Assembly: GCF_002571385.2 (NCBI RefSeq)
Contig: NW_019217834.1
Coordinates: forward strand, 549,307 to 613,306
Source: Stylophora pistillata
Taxonomy: Eukaryota
Length of the DNA stretch: 64,000 nucleotides
Direction: 5' to 3'
Shown in pieces: positions 61,467 through 64,000 of the stretch (position 1 is the stretch's first letter; every line of letters starts with the position of its first letter). The notes under the pieces are model-generated. The model was given only the letters and a program-made list of their open reading frames with translations, was not told where the DNA came from and did no database searches. Made by a program: the position numbers and the translations under genes.

Positions 61467-62278
61467 GGTAAGTATCGAATTCTACCTTTAAGTTTCCGAT
61501 TAAAAGTACCAACAATGCGTGCGAAACTACCAGTTTTATCCCTGACAGTTTTCCTCGTTAGTGGACCGAAGAAATAAAGTCTGAAATATACTTAAATGCC
61601 GGATAACAGATTCAAAAATCGCGACTAGCTGGATTCAAATCAGTTGGTTTGTTAAAGGTGTTCGCTGCCGGCTTAAACTTGGGACCTTCGCAGGTGTGAA
61701 ACCAGGGCTCAGATCTCCGAGCTGCACTACCTCCAATTTAAAAATGGTTCTATTTTTTTGTCTACATACACGTTCCTGCCCGTGGCGTCAATCAGTTAGT
61801 CTTGGATTTAATTGCCATACCTTTTTACTGACGTATGAGTTGTTTGGCCTTCGATATTGCAGTTTTTGTTTCATTTTCTTCTGAATAAAAGTTCTTCCTC
61901 TGTAAACTTTGATAAAAATTTAAGATCTTTTAATATGTTTATGGTTCTCAGGTGATCATGCAAGAGGACGAACCAGAACATGAACATCTCCAAATCAAGG
62001 CCCCTGTGGTACAATGATGCGGTACAGCCTTGTGAAAGGACCACTTTGTACAATACAATGCTTGGGGGCCCTCGAAGCTGAGTCTACCATGCCAAGTTGA
62101 CATTTTTACTTCATTTCCTTAGTCTTCTCTCTTCCATTTTTCTTAGAATTTAGCCGGAGTAACATTGAAAGGTGACTTTATTTGATGCCTTCCTAACCGT
62201 TTTTAACCACTTTACCCCTAAGAGTCTAGCTTTTAATTTCTCCTCACAATATCACCCATGAATCACACAGTAAGGTCG

Positions 62279-62372
62279 AACCTCGTTCCCAGGGTCTCTC
62301 ATCTTCCTGCCCCTTGGAGCGAGAGAGAACAGACCTGGGGGCGGGAAGATGAGAGACCCTTGGAACGAGGTT
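62279..62372. mobile_element. Short palindromic MITE inserted in a TTAA-MITE
   Basis: AACCTCGTTCC.AGGGTCTCTCATCTTCC / GGAAGATGAGAGACCCT.GGAACGAGGTT, with TAAGGTCG repeated on both flanks. Confidence 0.7.
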
Positions 62373-62659
62373 AATTAAGGTCGTGAGAAAAAAGAGGAAG
62401 GGATCACCAACTGAAGCTAGAAGCTCTTGATTGTTAAACCAATTGTCCTTGTTCGCACATTAAGAAATTTGTAGAGAGCAGTGTGGATGGAGAATATCTA
62501 TACTGATGTCAAGGTTTTAAGGGTCAGAAGCTTGATTCTTTTTATATGTAGTTGTAAGGCTTGACCACAAAGGTTCAGAAATTATATATAATGTAATGAT
62601 ATCTTTAGCTTTATTTTAGCTCTAAGACTGAAAACTAAAGGTGATTTTGACTGGTTAAA

Positions 62660-62830
62660 CGGTAACCAGTCAAGTCGCCCGTGAGTCATCTCGCCCGGAG
62701 TCATGTCATGTCGCCCAAAGTCATGTCATGTCGCCCCAAGTCAAGTAATCTCGCCCGAAGTCATGTCATGTCGCCCGAAGTCAAGTCATCTCGCCCGAAG
62801 TCATGTCATGTCGCCCGAGACCTGAGTCAT
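62660..62830 (+). repeat. ~20-bp tandem array (GTCATGTCATGTCGCCCGAA-like, about 8 units)
   Basis: Repeated TCGCCC cores at ~20-bp spacing directly after CGGTAACCAGTC. Resembles a subterminal array of a DNA transposon end. Confidence 0.75.
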
Positions 62831-64000
62831 GTTTAAGTAACTTGTTACATTGAGTTGATCATATTAAGTTTAACGGTATTTTAGCATTTCTTTGACATGA
62901 CCTTTTTTCTGTTAAAATTTACATTTTAATACAGTAAGGTAGTATCAAATGAGAAAGTGAACAGTAGAAGTATATTTTGATATAAAAAGTTATAAATTTT
63001 CATTGTCAAAGCTAGGTAGTTTCACACTCATGGCCGCACACGATAGAGACCCTCGAAAATGTAACGAGCCTAGCTTTTTTTTGTCAATATTCAGGGTAAA
63101 ACATTTTATTTCAAGGAACAAGAATTAGGTTGTTGCCATTTAGTAACGGTATTTTAACTTCAGTGTGATACGTGACCAATAACCAATTATTGGTTTCATT
63201 TTCAAAGAGTGATTGTAGTCTGCAGTGGCCTCAGGTTTGCGACGGTTACAAATCAAGAATTTTGAAAGACTAGTATTAGATCAATATTAGCATCGAGCAA
63301 ATGTGCACCCACTCCTCCCCAAACCTAACAACGATAAACTGATTGCAATATATGGTTAATGTTGGACTAGGGGAGGGGTGGGTGCGCAGTTGCTCAGATA
63401 CAAACATTGACCCCTATTATTATTTTTTTTGAGAAGTGAATCAAATGAAATTCGGAAAGGAAATTGCGTGAGTACGTTGTTTCCTGTTTTCTGCGTCATG
63501 GGCATAAGTCGATGATAAAATGCGGTGAAACCACTTTACTGAGATGTTGAAGATAATTTTTTTCAGATTTATGGTTGATTCTAATATAATAATTTGAACG
63601 TAAGCTGGTGAAAGCTCAAGTGCAAGGCGCCCCATTTGTGATGCGATAATTCCAGCCCCTCTCCCACCTCTCCCTTTTCGGGTTACAGGTGCACGAGTCG
63701 CAAAAGATCAAAAACCGCAGAGTCTCACCCAACAGAAGCTGGCCATGAATTGTATACAGCTTTCATTCTTTAAAATCCAAACCCAAACTGATTGAGTGCT
63801 CGGAACTGTGATTGTTTTTCGGTAAACTTTGTGGTTTAAACGAGCTATTTGAAGGAAACGCGTTTATCTGCGTAATGCTTCCCAAGTTTTCTATCACAAC
63901 TCCACTTGTATTATGATGTGCTTGGGGACTGGGACCAAATGATGAATCAAACATGGCGGCGAAAGATGACGCCCGAGAAAGAGTGCATTTTACTCTTCTT

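Overview
Eukaryotic, AT-rich, intron-rich animal DNA from a draft assembly (N gaps at 5135-5614, 33681-34185 and 43376-43403, plus several single-N joins). The repeat families and the TPR-CHAT gene point to a stony coral; this is an inference. Host genes spliced by eye are: the 3' part of AP3M1 (+), two tandem 12-exon FBXL6-like F-box/LRR paralogues (-), a uridine-cytidine kinase (-) head-to-head with FOXRED1 (+), and a single-exon TPR-CHAT (TTC28-like) caspase-family gene split by one in-frame TAG. Between the two FBXL6-like genes lies the most striking element: a decayed, multi-intron transposase with the RAG1 domain order (Chapa/CND zinc motif, C3HC4 RING plus zinc finger, NBD-like GGQP, D-D-E triad, CxxC/HxxxxH zinc site). 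It looks like a Chapaev/N-RAG-TP-type RAG1 relative. It is 5'-truncated against the FBXL6 promoter, ends in a 97-bp tandem array of its own C-terminus, and shows no RAG2 partner or TIR pair. Other notable items are: a UCK with substituted catalytic and base-binding residues; a retrozyme-like hammerhead monomer in a FOXRED1 intron; a nest of Crypton-like hairpin elements whose internal segments are complementary to their joined ends; and a hidden minus-strand ORF that reappears when two TSD-bounded transposons are removed.
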